64,000 bases of DNA from Minisyncoccia bacterium (GCA_049997795.1 JBEKVT010000002.1:129664-193663), one strand, 5' to 3'. Shown: positions 52,205 to 61,483, counted from the stretch's first letter. Numbers and translations are program-made. Notes: generated by a model not told the origin, from the sequence alone.

Positions 52205-54529
52205 CTACACGATCTCGCACACTCCCGCCACGCAGGCAAGCTCTTTCCTCAGGTCGGTCTCGTTCTGCTTCTCGTAAGTGATGATCTTCGAATAGTCGAC
52301 GTGCTCCAGGCGCTTCGAGAGCTCCTTGTACGTCTTCTCGTCGATGGCTTCGTAAGGCGCGAGCTTGTAGATGTGGTCTTCGCGCGGCAGGAACGACAGG
52401 CCGCCGACGATATCCCAATTCTTGTAGACCCAGTTGGCCACCTCTATCCACTCGCCGTTCCCCACGGAGATGGTCGCCGAAGGATTGTGCTCGCAGTAAT
52501 TCAGCTTGACCATCTTCCAGTGCTCGAGCTGCTCCAGGGCGGTGATGTCGTCCTTGAAGATGGAGCCGGCCGGGGCCTTGACCGGGAATTCGAGGACGTA
52601 GGTCGTGGCGCTCCCTTCGGTCTGGCCCACCTCCGGATGGAACGGCACGCCCTGGTCCTTCAGCATCTTGAAGAGAGTGTCGGTGGCGGCGATCCGGATG
52701 CGGCGGATGTAGTACTTGGAGTGGCGCGGGTGGACGCCGGACGAGCAGTCGACGGTCTGGGACAGGCTGCCGGAAGGCTTGACGCAGGTGATGCAGGTCG
52801 ACTCGTTCACGCCGAAGCGCTTGGCGAACTCGCGGTTCGTCTTCAGGGCCTCGGCCTTGAGCTTCCTCAGGACCTCGGGCCTCCTCGCGGCCGGCGAATC
52901 CCACTGACCCGTGAGAGAGACGCCGAGCAGGCGCTCGCGCTCGCAGCGCTCCTTCCATTCCTTCGAGAGGTACGGGAAATGCGTCAGTATCGACTGGTAG
53001 GTGCCGAGGATGGTGGCTATCCTCACCTTCCGGAGCAGGGTCTTCTCCGTATCTTCGACGCGGCAGACGACCTCGGACAGATTGCAGAACTGCTTGGGCT
53101 GGAGGATGATCTCGGCGCATGGGTTAGTGCCTATCTGGCCGACGATCTTGGTGCCGGAGGCATCGAAATAGCCCTTGTACTCCCTCAAGACCTTGAGGCG
53201 GCGCTCCGGCAGGGTCCTCGCGAGCGAGCCGCGGTTGAATATGCCCCGTTCGCCGGAGCGGCTCTCTATCAAGGACATCCATTCCTTCAGGAATTCCTCG
53301 TTGGTCGGCTTGCTCATGTAGACGGCCGAGTTGTTGGCCAGCATGCGGTGCGGATGGGTCAGGTAAAAAGCCCCCCTCTTGGCGTCGCGGATCTCCTGGT
53401 CGTCGAGATTGGACAGGGAGATCATGGCGCTCCTCCGGACGCCGCCAGCCACCACGCAGTCGCCGATCATGCAGATGATGTCGTGGAGATCTATCGGATG
53501 GAGCCTCCTGCCCTGGCGCGCCAGCATGACCTCGCGAGTGAACGAGAGCAATCTCTGGAGCGGAGCCGGACCGGAAGCCTTGCCGCCCATGGTCTTCAGG
53601 CGCGAGCCCTCTGGACGGACGGCGGAGAAATCAAATTCGATGTCCTTGCCGGCGGCCCAGGCCTTCATGCCGACAACGAGCGAGTCGGCCCAGCCTTCCT
53701 TGCTGTCGTCGATCACGTGCTTGGGCAATTTGACGCCGGTCTGCACCATGATCTGCGGGAACTTCTCGGTGTTGGCGCTCTCGACGGACCAGCCGGCCCC
53801 GGTGCCGCACATGGAGATGTACATGATCTCGGCGAGGTCCTGGAAAGATTCGGGAGCGGTGAACGAGCAGTTGTAAGCGCAGACGTTGGTGGCGCGGGCC
53901 GCCTTGCCGGCGAATTGGAGGAGCCGCATCGAGGGCATGGCCTCGTGATTCAGGATGGCCTCGCGGACTTCCTTGTACTCGGCGTCGGAGAGCTTCTTGC
54001 CGAGGTTCTCGCGCATGAAGTCCACGTAGCGGTCGACGGTCTCGATCCAGGTCTCCCGCCGGCTCTCGGAATCTATCCAGCGCGAGTAGGTGCGGTAATA
54101 GACGAATTCGCCAAGGGCGTTCCGGAAATATTTCTTGGAATCGGCGGCGAGCTTGCGGACGTATTCGGGCGCTTCGAGGCCTTCGGCCCGGATCTTGGCG
54201 CGCTCGTCGCGGTAGATGACGTAGTGCTTGGCGGTCTTGACGAAGTCGGAGCGCATCAATTCCTGCTCGACGATGTCCTGGACGCCCTCGACGGTCGGCA
54301 CGAAGTTGGAGAATTTGCGCTTGATGCGGACGAGTTCGGCCAGGATCTGGCCGGCGATCATCCGGGCGTCTTCGAGCGACCCTTCATGCACCGTATTCAT
54401 GCCCTTCCAGACGGCGTTGACGATCTTTTCCACGTCGAACGGCACGATCCTGCCGTCTCTCTTTATGATCGTCGGGATGACGACTGTTTTGGCCGCTTGT
54501 CCTGAAGCGGATCTCTTCTTTGGGGGCAT
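52205..54529 (-). CDS. nrdJ: Ribonucleotide reductase large subunit with an N-terminal ATP-cone; probably class II (B12-dependent) because no nrdB is adjacent
   Basis: ATP-cone 'VIKRDGRIVPFDVEKIVNAV'. RNR 10-stranded barrel motifs ('NPCAEIIL', 'CNLSEV'). C-terminal CxxxxC. 774 aa. Confidence 0.8.
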   Translation of the reverse strand: MPPKKRSASGQAAKTVVIPTIIKRDGRIVPFDVEKIVNAVWKGMNTVHEGSLEDARMIAGQILAELVRIKRKFSNFVPTVEGVQDIVEQELMRSDFVKTAKHYVIYRDERAKIRAEGLEAPEYVRKLAADSKKYFRNALGEFVYYRTYSRWIDSESRRETWIETVDRYVDFMRENLGKKLSDAEYKEVREAILNHEAMPSMRLLQFAGKAARATNVCAYNCSFTAPESFQDLAEIMYISMCGTGAGWSVESANTEKFPQIMVQTGVKLPKHVIDDSKEGWADSLVVGMKAWAAGKDIEFDFSAVRPEGSRLKTMGGKASGPAPLQRLLSFTREVMLARQGRRLHPIDLHDIICMIGDCVVAGGVRRSAMISLSNLDDQEIRDAKRGAFYLTHPHRMLANNSAVYMSKPTNEEFLKEWMSLIESRSGERGIFNRGSLARTLPERRLKVLREYKGYFDASGTKIVGQIGTNPCAEIILQPKQFCNLSEVVCRVEDTEKTLLRKVRIATILGTYQSILTHFPYLSKEWKERCERERLLGVSLTGQWDSPAARRPEVLRKLKAEALKTNREFAKRFGVNESTCITCVKPSGSLSQTVDCSSGVHPRHSKYYIRRIRIAATDTLFKMLKDQGVPFHPEVGQTEGSATTYVLEFPVKAPAGSIFKDDITALEQLEHWKMVKLNYCEHNPSATISVGNGEWIEVANWVYKNWDIVGGLSFLPREDHIYKLAPYEAIDEKTYKELSKRLEHVDYSKIITYEKQNETDLRKELACVAGVCEIV

Positions 54530-54683
54530 ATCCTGAGCGCAAGCGCCCGTCTGGCGGACAGACAGGGCGCGCTGTGACGCTTAAGGTTTTTAATAAACGC
54601 GGACCGACCGGGGCAACGAACGAATTTTTCTTACTTGTCCATTCTACTCTCGGCCATCGGACAAAAAAAGGTGTGGATAAGTT

Positions 54684-55238
54684 TTAGAACACGAGTTGCG
54701 TGCCGGTTGCAATGCCGAACTTCGCCGCAGCGCCGGAATCAAGCTCCAAAACGTACAAGATCGGCGATGGCGGAGAGAAAACGTCTGGGAACGTGTCGGG
54801 AGAGATGCCTCCGGTGACACCTGCGACACGCTTGTCTGCCGCGATCCAGACCATGTCGAGCGGGAAGCGCATGTTCAGCATCCAAAAACCATAGAGGGCG
54901 GGTTTCATGAACGGGAATAGCATGCCGGCATCCGCCGGAAGCTGGTCCCGGCCGCCCAAACCCAGTGCTTGCTCTTCGGAAGTGGAGGCGATCATGGCGT
55001 GGATGGTCCCGCGAGGTGTTTTAACGCCCATAGTCTCGAGATTTTCCGCTGGAGAGGCCGGCATAACCTCAGCCGGAGAGGTCGTCGCGGCGGCAGAAGC
55101 GCGTGGTGAGGGTCGATTTTGATCCAAGAGCGGCGACCGCACGGTCGGAGCCAGCTTTTCGCCGACCAAAAAGAGCACGTATATGCTCACCAGGACGACG
55201 ATGAGGGTCGAGAGCTGTGAGAAAGTCTTCGATTTCAT
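54684..55238 (-). CDS. DUF192-family protein with N-terminal signal/TM
   Basis: Start trimmed to 'MKSKTFSQLSTLIVVL'. DUF192 motifs 'MLFPF...FWMLNMRFPLDMVWI'. Confidence 0.55.
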   Translation of the reverse strand: MKSKTFSQLSTLIVVLVSIYVLFLVGEKLAPTVRSPLLDQNRPSPRASAAATTSPAEVMPASPAENLETMGVKTPRGTIHAMIASTSEEQALGLGGRDQLPADAGMLFPFMKPALYGFWMLNMRFPLDMVWIAADKRVAGVTGGISPDTFPDVFSPPSPILYVLELDSGAAAKFGIATGTQLVF

Positions 55239-55348
55239 GTAGATCGTATTTGTCGGCGCGCGCGATACGGACATATTAGCATAACGCCGCCATATGAGCT
55301 TTGTGTTATACAAAAAAGAGCGGACCGATCGGGGTCCGCTCTCGCAAA

Positions 55349-55702
55349 TCACGCCGTCTGGGTCTGGACTTCAGCGTCTTCGGTCTTGGAGATCGCGAGC
55401 TTGTGCCTTTCCCTGAAGTCGATGCAACCCTGACGGATCGCTCTCGGGTTCTCGATATAATTCCAGGCGAGGTCGTTGTCCGTCGGATTATTGCCATCGA
55501 TCTTGGGATCAAGACTGGTGTAATACTTGTTGTCAGATCCTCTTATCTCCTGCATCTGACAAAGATTGTAATCTTTCAGAGACGGGCACTGGCACGGATG
55601 TTCTTTTGAAAGAGCGGCGACTTCGGCCGGCGTGAGGAACGGGCATTGGAAATCTACAGGGCAAGTCAATAGATGACTCATGGGACACCTCCTATTTTTC
55701 AT
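55349..55702 (-). CDS. Cys-rich hypothetical protein
   Basis: Several Cys ('CPVDFQCP', 'CQCPS', 'C' near 'RQGCIDF'). No family recognised. Confidence 0.35.
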   Translation of the reverse strand: MKNRRCPMSHLLTCPVDFQCPFLTPAEVAALSKEHPCQCPSLKDYNLCQMQEIRGSDNKYYTSLDPKIDGNNPTDNDLAWNYIENPRAIRQGCIDFRERHKLAISKTEDAEVQTQTA

Positions 55703-55741
55703 TCTAGCGCCGGAAGTTTAAAAAGCAACAGGACCGCGGCT

Positions 55742-56365
55742 TCAATTTATGATCTGCCCTTTGTTCGCCAAGTCCGTCTCCGTGTCGGCTTCTTTCTCGC
55801 CCTCCACGACCTGCACGCCGATCTTGCGCTGGAGCATGAGCCGGATCTCGTCGGCCGTCTCCTTGTCGATCGGCTCGAGGACGATGTCCGTCTCGTTGTC
55901 CTCAGTCTTCTCTTCGTGCCCGGCCGAGTCTATGACGACTCTCGAGGTGCCGGTCAGCCGGTGCAGGAGGCTCCGTTCGACGTCCACGTCCTGCATCTGG
56001 CGGTACGGGATCGAGACGATGGTGGTGCTCACTATGCCCTGCTTCAGCTTCAGGTCGAATTCCTCGAAGGTGAAGGTGTAGTTGGCGTACTGGAGCTTGG
56101 CGATGACGAGGCCGACGATGCAGGCGAGGAGCGCCACGATGATAAGACCCATGATGAGGCCTCCCACTGTCCCGGAAACGGCTGCCGTAGCCCCTTTGGC
56201 GCCGCCTATTATAAGGACGCCGGCCAGGAACCCCGATATTGGGGCGCTCAAAACCATCAAAACGACGGCTATAAGCAATATAACCAGCCCCGCCGTCATT
56301 TTCCGCGATGCCAGGAGCAGGTATGCCTTCCGTCCCAGCCGCTGTTCTTGGTTTAAGGGGATCAT
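55742..56365 (-). CDS. Bacterial PH-domain (bPH_2 / YdbS-YdbT-like) membrane protein
   Basis: Two TM helices, then 'TFTFEEFDLKLKQGIVSTTIVSIPYRQMQDVDVERSLLHRLTG', the bPH_2 signature. Confidence 0.6.
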   Translation of the reverse strand: MIPLNQEQRLGRKAYLLLASRKMTAGLVILLIAVVLMVLSAPISGFLAGVLIIGGAKGATAAVSGTVGGLIMGLIIVALLACIVGLVIAKLQYANYTFTFEEFDLKLKQGIVSTTIVSIPYRQMQDVDVERSLLHRLTGTSRVVIDSAGHEEKTEDNETDIVLEPIDKETADEIRLMLQRKIGVQVVEGEKEADTETDLANKGQIIN

Positions 56366-56380
56366 AGGATGATTATACTA

Positions 56381-56842
56381 CTAAGTTTCCAGAGTAGAAA
56401 TAAGCTCTTTCCAATAGTTCATGACGTTTTTAAAAATTTTAATAATGAACAAGGTTGAGCCATCGATTTTCAGTGTTAAGAATGACGTGGTGATAGCCGA
56501 AAGACCTGAGGCAAAACCATCCTCTTTTTGTGCAACTTGAATATCATTATGATGGCCGTCTGAATGTTTTGTGTGAGTTGCTAATTCCTGGATGATTTTA
56601 AGATCAGGGCATTTTGAAAAAATAAAATTGTGGAAGTCATTTATATCTTTTATTCCAAATTTAGATTGTAATCTTGCTTCCTCAGATGACCAAACCCAGT
56701 CTTTCTGGTGCCAGAGAATAATAGAACATGTTAAAGCTTCCTTTACATCCAACTGGCTTTTTAAAAAATCTTCGTAATTAGGTACTAGAATATTTTCAAA
56801 ATAATCTCTCGCCGTATTTATTCCAAAGGTAGCGGTGCTCAT
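56381..56842 (-). CDS. Hypothetical 153-aa protein encoded in a low-GC (~35%) segment
   Basis: The composition drops abruptly relative to the flanking sequence. No recognisable motifs ('ARDYFENILVPNYEDFLKS...'). Confidence 0.5.
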   Translation of the reverse strand: MSTATFGINTARDYFENILVPNYEDFLKSQLDVKEALTCSIILWHQKDWVWSSEEARLQSKFGIKDINDFHNFIFSKCPDLKIIQELATHTKHSDGHHNDIQVAQKEDGFASGLSAITTSFLTLKIDGSTLFIIKIFKNVMNYWKELISTLET

Positions 56843-56894
56843 GTTTATTATTAGCTGCGCGGTACGATGTTGGAGCTTATTTTACCAAGGGGGT

Positions 56895-57206
56895 TTAATC
56901 ACCCTTGTAATTTTCCAGCTTCTTTTTCCATTTCTCAACTTCTTTCCAAAAGCCACAAACGCTGGTGAACAAAATCACAAAGAAAATCGTTATGGGGATA
57001 AAAATTATTTTCAAGACAATGATTCTCCATTCTGTGAGATGATTAAAGCCGTTATAGGTATACCATGCAGTAATGATTAATCCGCTGATCCAAAGACAAA
57101 ATAGCATCCAAGCATATCTGATTATCTCTACAAGTATTTTCATTAGACGTCTTATCATTTCTATGTTTGTGAGACTTGGACTCGAACTAATCAAATCTTC
57201 TAACAA
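56895..57206 (-). CDS. Small 2-TM membrane protein in the low-GC segment (track start is TTG; an internal ATG gives an 87-aa protein)
   Basis: Two hydrophobic helices 'AWMLFCLWISGLIITAW' and 'IIVLKIIFIPITIFFVILF', then a Lys-rich tail. Confidence 0.45.
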   Translation of the reverse strand: MLEDLISSSPSLTNIEMIRRLMKILVEIIRYAWMLFCLWISGLIITAWYTYNGFNHLTEWRIIVLKIIFIPITIFFVILFTSVCGFWKEVEKWKKKLENYKGD

Positions 57207-57404
57207 AACTATTTCTGGCGGCAGTTTTTACTTGAAGTTCGAACTTTTTTCGCCGAAAATCCGTGCCCATGAATCATTGCGCCTTCGCTCCGCTTGGCGC
57301 TCGGAAAAGGGCGGACGGCGGCCGGGGGTGTGGGGGTTCCTCTTCGTTTTCGCGCGCCGCCCTGCTGATTTTTTCGGGGGCGATTCGGAACAAGATCCAA
57401 GTTA

Positions 57405-57437
57405 CCTGTGGCTCATTTGGTGGATTTGAGCCACAGG
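57405..57437. repeat. Perfect 11-bp-stem hairpin 'CCTGTGGCTCA-tttggtggatt-TGAGCCACAGG'
   Basis: Read directly. It is one of two inverted copies of the same palindromic element. Confidence 0.55.
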
Positions 57438-57632
57438 CATTTTAGCACAGGTTTGGGAGGCTCGAAGCGGCCCACTTCCGCTTCAGATAGAGTTCTGTAG
57501 CGCGTTCGGCGTCAGTCCGTGTGGCTCCATTGCATTTCGCCGCACCGACATTCCGCCAGACGCGGATGGCAGTTGATGGAAGAAGCGGAAGTCGGCCGCT
57601 TCTCGGCGGAAGTTGGTGGTGAATCTGAAACA

Positions 57633-57665
57633 CATGTGGCTCATTTCCACCATATGAGCCACAAC
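57633..57665. repeat. Second copy, inverted, of the TGTGGCTCA hairpin element: 'TGTGGCTCAT-ttccaccat-ATGAGCCACA'
   Basis: The loop is the complement of the first copy's loop. It lies immediately 3' of the wHTH gene and may serve as its terminator. Confidence 0.5.
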
Positions 57666-57670
57666 TGGGT

Positions 57671-58228
57671 TTAGTGAAGAAACTGGTACTTGGCATCGCG
57701 CGGGTTTCCCGCGCGTGCAAGGTGGCCTTGCTGGACTAACTTGACCAGATATCTCGTTGCTGTGGCGCTGGAGATGTGCAAGGTCTTCTGCACATCTTCG
57801 TTGGCTATGATTTTCTTTTTCTGTGCCAACAGAATGATCTTGTCGAGCTTCTTCTGTTTGTTTGACTGGATTTTTGCATTCGCTTTGGCGAGCAGAGCGC
57901 GGATGAAGCCGGTCTGGTCTGGTTGCGCCGGCGATTGCGCCTGTGGCACTTGCGGAGTCGGTGCCGCCGGCGCGGACACAGGAGGTGGCGCAGGTTGTAA
58001 TGGTTCAGAAATCGGCTCAGACGCAGGTTCTGTTGTTGGCTCATCTGTCGCAGGCACTGTCATCTGATCTTCGACTGGAGCAACTGGCACAGATTCAGTA
58101 GGTTCAGAAATTGGTTCAGAAACCGGAGTGTTATCAGTTACCATTTCTACTTGAGCAGGTTCTGGCGCAGGAACCTCTGAAACCACCGGTTCAGCTACTG
58201 GCGCGCTTTGAGCATTTTCATCATCCAT
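57671..58228 (-). CDS. Winged-helix DNA-binding protein with a long acidic Pro/Glu-rich N-terminal region
   Basis: The C-terminus 'IIANEDVQKTLHISSATATRYLVKLVQQGHLARAGNPRDAKYQF' is wHTH-like. The N-terminus holds 'PVSEPISEP' repeats. Confidence 0.5.
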   Translation of the reverse strand: MDDENAQSAPVAEPVVSEVPAPEPAQVEMVTDNTPVSEPISEPTESVPVAPVEDQMTVPATDEPTTEPASEPISEPLQPAPPPVSAPAAPTPQVPQAQSPAQPDQTGFIRALLAKANAKIQSNKQKKLDKIILLAQKKKIIANEDVQKTLHISSATATRYLVKLVQQGHLARAGNPRDAKYQFLH

Positions 58229-58301
58229 GGAGATATTTTAGCATCAAAATAGGTCTATTTTTGAGCCTCCATAGAGCCACCGCATGAGCATGCTATTGGG
58301 C

Positions 58302-58330
58302 TTGCAATTTACATGGAGCTATGGTATAAT
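58302..58330 (+). promoter_or_regulatory. Sigma-70-type promoter (TTGCAA - 17 nt - TATAAT) upstream of the DMT transporter
   Basis: Perfect -10 and near-consensus -35 with a 17-nt spacer. A GGAGG RBS lies at 58381. Confidence 0.5.
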
Positions 58331-58390
58331 ACTAGAGTAGTTTCAAATAGTGATTTTTAACAATAAACCCTTAACCCTACGGAGGTCCAA

Positions 58391-58801
58391 ATGGATGGTT
58401 TACAAATCAAGGCCCTACTAGCTGGCCTATTCTTCGGATTGTGGCCGCTACTTATGAACAAGAGCGGACTCAATGGCAATGTTTCGGCGATGGCATTCGC
58501 TGGTCTGGTGTTGTTATTCGTCTCCCCTTTTGCCTTGAGCAACATCGGAGATCTTTCCAACACCAAATGGCTCATGGTCGTCGGAGCAGGCTTGTTCGGT
58601 GCCCTCGGCGTCATGTCCTTCAACGGCATGCTTGCCAAGGCAACCCCGCAGGCGGTGAGCACGCTCTTTGTTCTGATGATTGTGGTGCAAACAGCCGTTC
58701 CGGCTGTGTATCAAGTCATCATGAACGGTGGGCTTTCGCTCACCAAAGGATTAGGGTTTGCGCTCGCGGCGATCGCCGCGGTGCTACTCGTCAAGTCCTG
58801 A
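58391..58801 (+). CDS. Small 4-TM EamA/DMT-superfamily (SMR-like) transporter
   Basis: 136 aa, four hydrophobic helices. A terminator-like 'GCGAGGCGGGTTTTCTTTTTG' follows at ~58835-58860. Confidence 0.55.
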   Translation: MDGLQIKALLAGLFFGLWPLLMNKSGLNGNVSAMAFAGLVLLFVSPFALSNIGDLSNTKWLMVVGAGLFGALGVMSFNGMLAKATPQAVSTLFVLMIVVQTAVPAVYQVIMNGGLSLTKGLGFALAAIAAVLLVKS

Positions 58802-58914
58802 AAAGAGTTTACACGCCCGCTTTGCACAGAAAATCTGTCGCGAGGCGGGTTTTCTTTTTGGGCTGATAGGCAAGCACCTTGGAAACGAGGTATTTCTATG
58901 TTATCGTTTTATGA

Positions 58915-59631
58915 ATGAAAAACCGTAACTTTTTCTTTCAACAATACGACAAAATCAATTGGGCGAATCAAGACAAGACGAATCTGAACGTCGCTGTATA
59001 CCAGCACTTGATCGAGAACATCATCTCCAAGAAAGATGGGCCTTTTAAGCTATTCGATGTGGGCTCTGGTATAGGATTATTTATCCGACTGCTCAAGGAA
59101 AAGTTCGGCAATTCTGTCCGCATCGATGGCTGTGAGCCGTCGAAAAAGAGCTATGACTATTTTATGAAGAGTGACATAGATAAGACTAACGTCACGATAT
59201 ATCCTGAAACGTTCCAAAACATCAAAACAAATGAGAAATTTGATTTCATAACCGCAATATATGTCTTTCCGCATTTTATAGAAGCGGATTTAGGCAAGGT
59301 CGCACAAAAAATATCCAGCATGCTCAATGAAGCTGGAAAGTTGATCATCGTGGTCTCCAATGAAGAATATTTACGAAATAAGTTAGAGACTAAAAAAGAT
59401 CTCTTTATCGAAAAGAATGTAATCGAATTTAAGGGCAAGGAGTATAAGGAATATCTGCACTATGTCGAGATTCCTGATATGGGAACTGTCATAGATTACG
59501 ATAGAGAAGAAGATTACTATAAAGATTTGCTGGAGGATAACGGGTTGAGATTTGTGAAAAAGGACAAGATAAACAGCGACGAATACATCTGCACCATATT
59601 CACTTTTGAGAAAGGCGAACTCACTAAGTGA
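58915..59631 (+). CDS. Class I SAM-dependent methyltransferase (low GC, ~37%)
   Basis: Motif I 'LFDVGSGIGLF'. Motif II-like 'FDFITAIYVFPHF'. Confidence 0.65.
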   Translation: MKNRNFFFQQYDKINWANQDKTNLNVAVYQHLIENIISKKDGPFKLFDVGSGIGLFIRLLKEKFGNSVRIDGCEPSKKSYDYFMKSDIDKTNVTIYPETFQNIKTNEKFDFITAIYVFPHFIEADLGKVAQKISSMLNEAGKLIIVVSNEEYLRNKLETKKDLFIEKNVIEFKGKEYKEYLHYVEIPDMGTVIDYDREEDYYKDLLEDNGLRFVKKDKINSDEYICTIFTFEKGELTK

Positions 59632-59678
59632 TCGCAAATAACGGCACTGATTCTAGCCCGTGGCAAAAGTAGCGGAAT

Positions 59679-60230
59679 ATGCTAATGTTTTATGCAATGA
59701 AATACCATCTAGGGGAAGCATACGATTTCTATAAGAAATTCATATACAACAAGGAAAAGCAGACTCTGCTCGCAGAACGCAATCTTCACGTCGCCGGAAG
59801 CGTTCCGTCCGTGGACTGGGAGCTGTTCGGCGCTATTCTCACCGGCGATGACGGCAAGGGCGGCTATGGCTCAGATCTCAAGCGTCACGAGATCAAATCG
59901 TCCGTAAGCGGCGCGAGCTTCGAATATCAATATCACTTGAACGGCGGCATGAAGAAGCTCGCCGACGACATGAAAGTCGACCACATCTTCATCTCATACA
60001 GCCCAGACTACAGAGACATCGAGGCGCGAGTCATCAAGGGAACCGTCCTGAAAAAGACCTTCAAGGGCTGGGAGCCGGGATTGATTGAGAACTACGCAGG
60101 CCCGAACAGGAAACAACGCTATCGCCGTAGTATCTCGTACGGGACGGTCAAGTCCGACGGCAAGCTTATACTGAAAATTGAACAGGGCGAGCTCGTCCAA
60201 GACGAAGCGTCTGTTGCAACGAAGAAATAG
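59679..60230 (+). CDS. Putative Type II restriction endonuclease (PD-(D/E)xK fold), convergent with the C5-MTase
   Basis: 'GSDLKRHEIKS' fits a D-x(n)-E-x-K catalytic core. 183 aa. Its 3' end overlaps the methyltransferase 3' end by 65 nt. Confidence 0.45.
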   Translation: MLMFYAMKYHLGEAYDFYKKFIYNKEKQTLLAERNLHVAGSVPSVDWELFGAILTGDDGKGGYGSDLKRHEIKSSVSGASFEYQYHLNGGMKKLADDMKVDHIFISYSPDYRDIEARVIKGTVLKKTFKGWEPGLIENYAGPNRKQRYRRSISYGTVKSDGKLILKIEQGELVQDEASVATKK

Positions 60231-61377
60231 AATTCAGATAGTGATTGCCTAGCCACTCCAAGACTGGCACGCAGACGGCATCGCCGAAGCCGAAAAGGAC
60301 ATCGTTCAAGGAAAGATCTGGATTTATCTTGAATTCATCAGCACCCATCAATCTGGCGGCCTCTTTTCCGTTTATCAGGCGCGCATCAATCTTTCCCCGG
60401 CCAGCTCTCACGATTATCTGCCTTGCACTTCCTCCTTTCGGGGTACGCAAACAGCCAGCGATTCCATCTGTACGCAACTCGGCAGTCGAGAGCGACTTAC
60501 CGTTGCGAACCCTCATCCGGCGAAATACAGTGAAATAGGAATATCTCGATTCTTTCTTTTTTGCTTCCAGAATGATCTTATGCCTGTCGTGCATTTGGTC
60601 ATACAGATATTCGGTTCTTTCTTTTTCCCACCATTCCGCCGAGGGATCGACTATCTCTTCGAGAGAAATCTGCCGTTGCGGCAGGTTCGGCAAGGAATGA
60701 AAATACCATTTCAGATCGGCGTTAGCGGAGATATATTCGGCTATCTTCTCCGGTCGAGCATTTGATGACCCGAGATTATGTTGTTGCGACAATATGTCAT
60801 CGGCCAGGCCAGATACGTTCACGGCCGAACTGTGCACGCCGACTACGAATATCCTTACGCGGCTTTGCGGCACGAAGTTCGCACCGTTGATCATGATGAG
60901 GTCCACCAGATATCCCAGCTCATTGAGTGAGCTAAGGACGGCTCTCAAGTCCTTCCCTTGATTTGACGAAAGCAGGCCTTCGACATTCTCCACGAGAACG
61001 AACGGGGGTTTCCCATCTCCGCGCTCCGCACGCATCTCCTTCAGAATGCGTAGGAAGTGCCAAAATGCCGACGACTCTCCGGCGTGTATTCCTCCACGCG
61101 CTCCGGCGACCGAAAGATCAGTGCAAGGAAACGAGGCATGGGCCAGCATCACGTCAGGAACGTCCTTTCCTTTAACGTCTGCGATGTCGCTTACGTGGTA
61201 GTGGCCTTGGCCGAAATTATTCTCATACGCGGCCGCCTTCGCTTTCTCATAGTCAAGGGCATAGACCGTTTTCCAGCCGGCTTTCTCAAGTCCCATCGTG
61301 ACAAGACCGATGCCGGCGAAAAAATCAGCGACTGTCTTTTCTTTCATCTTCGGTTTTGTAATGCTCATTGATAACAT
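60166..61377 (-). CDS. DNA (cytosine-5)-methyltransferase
   Basis: Motif I 'DFFAGIGL', motif IV 'FPCTDLS', motif VI 'ENVEGL', plus a C-terminal target-recognition domain. Confidence 0.9.
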   Translation of the reverse strand: MLSMSITKPKMKEKTVADFFAGIGLVTMGLEKAGWKTVYALDYEKAKAAAYENNFGQGHYHVSDIADVKGKDVPDVMLAHASFPCTDLSVAGARGGIHAGESSAFWHFLRILKEMRAERGDGKPPFVLVENVEGLLSSNQGKDLRAVLSSLNELGYLVDLIMINGANFVPQSRVRIFVVGVHSSAVNVSGLADDILSQQHNLGSSNARPEKIAEYISANADLKWYFHSLPNLPQRQISLEEIVDPSAEWWEKERTEYLYDQMHDRHKIILEAKKKESRYSYFTVFRRMRVRNGKSLSTAELRTDGIAGCLRTPKGGSARQIIVRAGRGKIDARLINGKEAARLMGADEFKINPDLSLNDVLFGFGDAVCVPVLEWLGNHYLNSISSLQQTLRLGRARPVQFSV

Positions 61378-61483
61378 TTTATCAGATAATGATTGAAATG
61401 GATAAGGTGCTTATATTATAGCCGATGCGTAAAGGCCGTCAAGGGTTATTGCACTATTTCAAAGAGTATGCTATCATACGACT

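Noticed and set aside
54530-54700. Cobalamin riboswitch or NrdR box in the RNR 5' leader.
   Set aside because: The minus-strand leader has a GC hairpin but no B12-box (GCCACUG-like) core, and no paired 16-bp NrdR boxes that I could recognise. This is not supportable from sequence alone.
57405-57665. Possible CRISPR array, given the repeated TGTGGCTCA elements.
   Set aside because: There are only two full copies, in inverted rather than direct orientation, plus one half-site. The spacing is irregular and no cas genes are present. It is better described as a palindromic/MITE-like pair.
58915-59631. The first low-GC SAM methyltransferase as the methylase of a second R-M system.
   Set aside because: It has only generic class I small-molecule/RNA-MTase motifs. 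There are no DNA-MTase motifs (DPPY/NPPY, or FxGxG with a TRD). The link to the downstream nuclease is therefore not supported.
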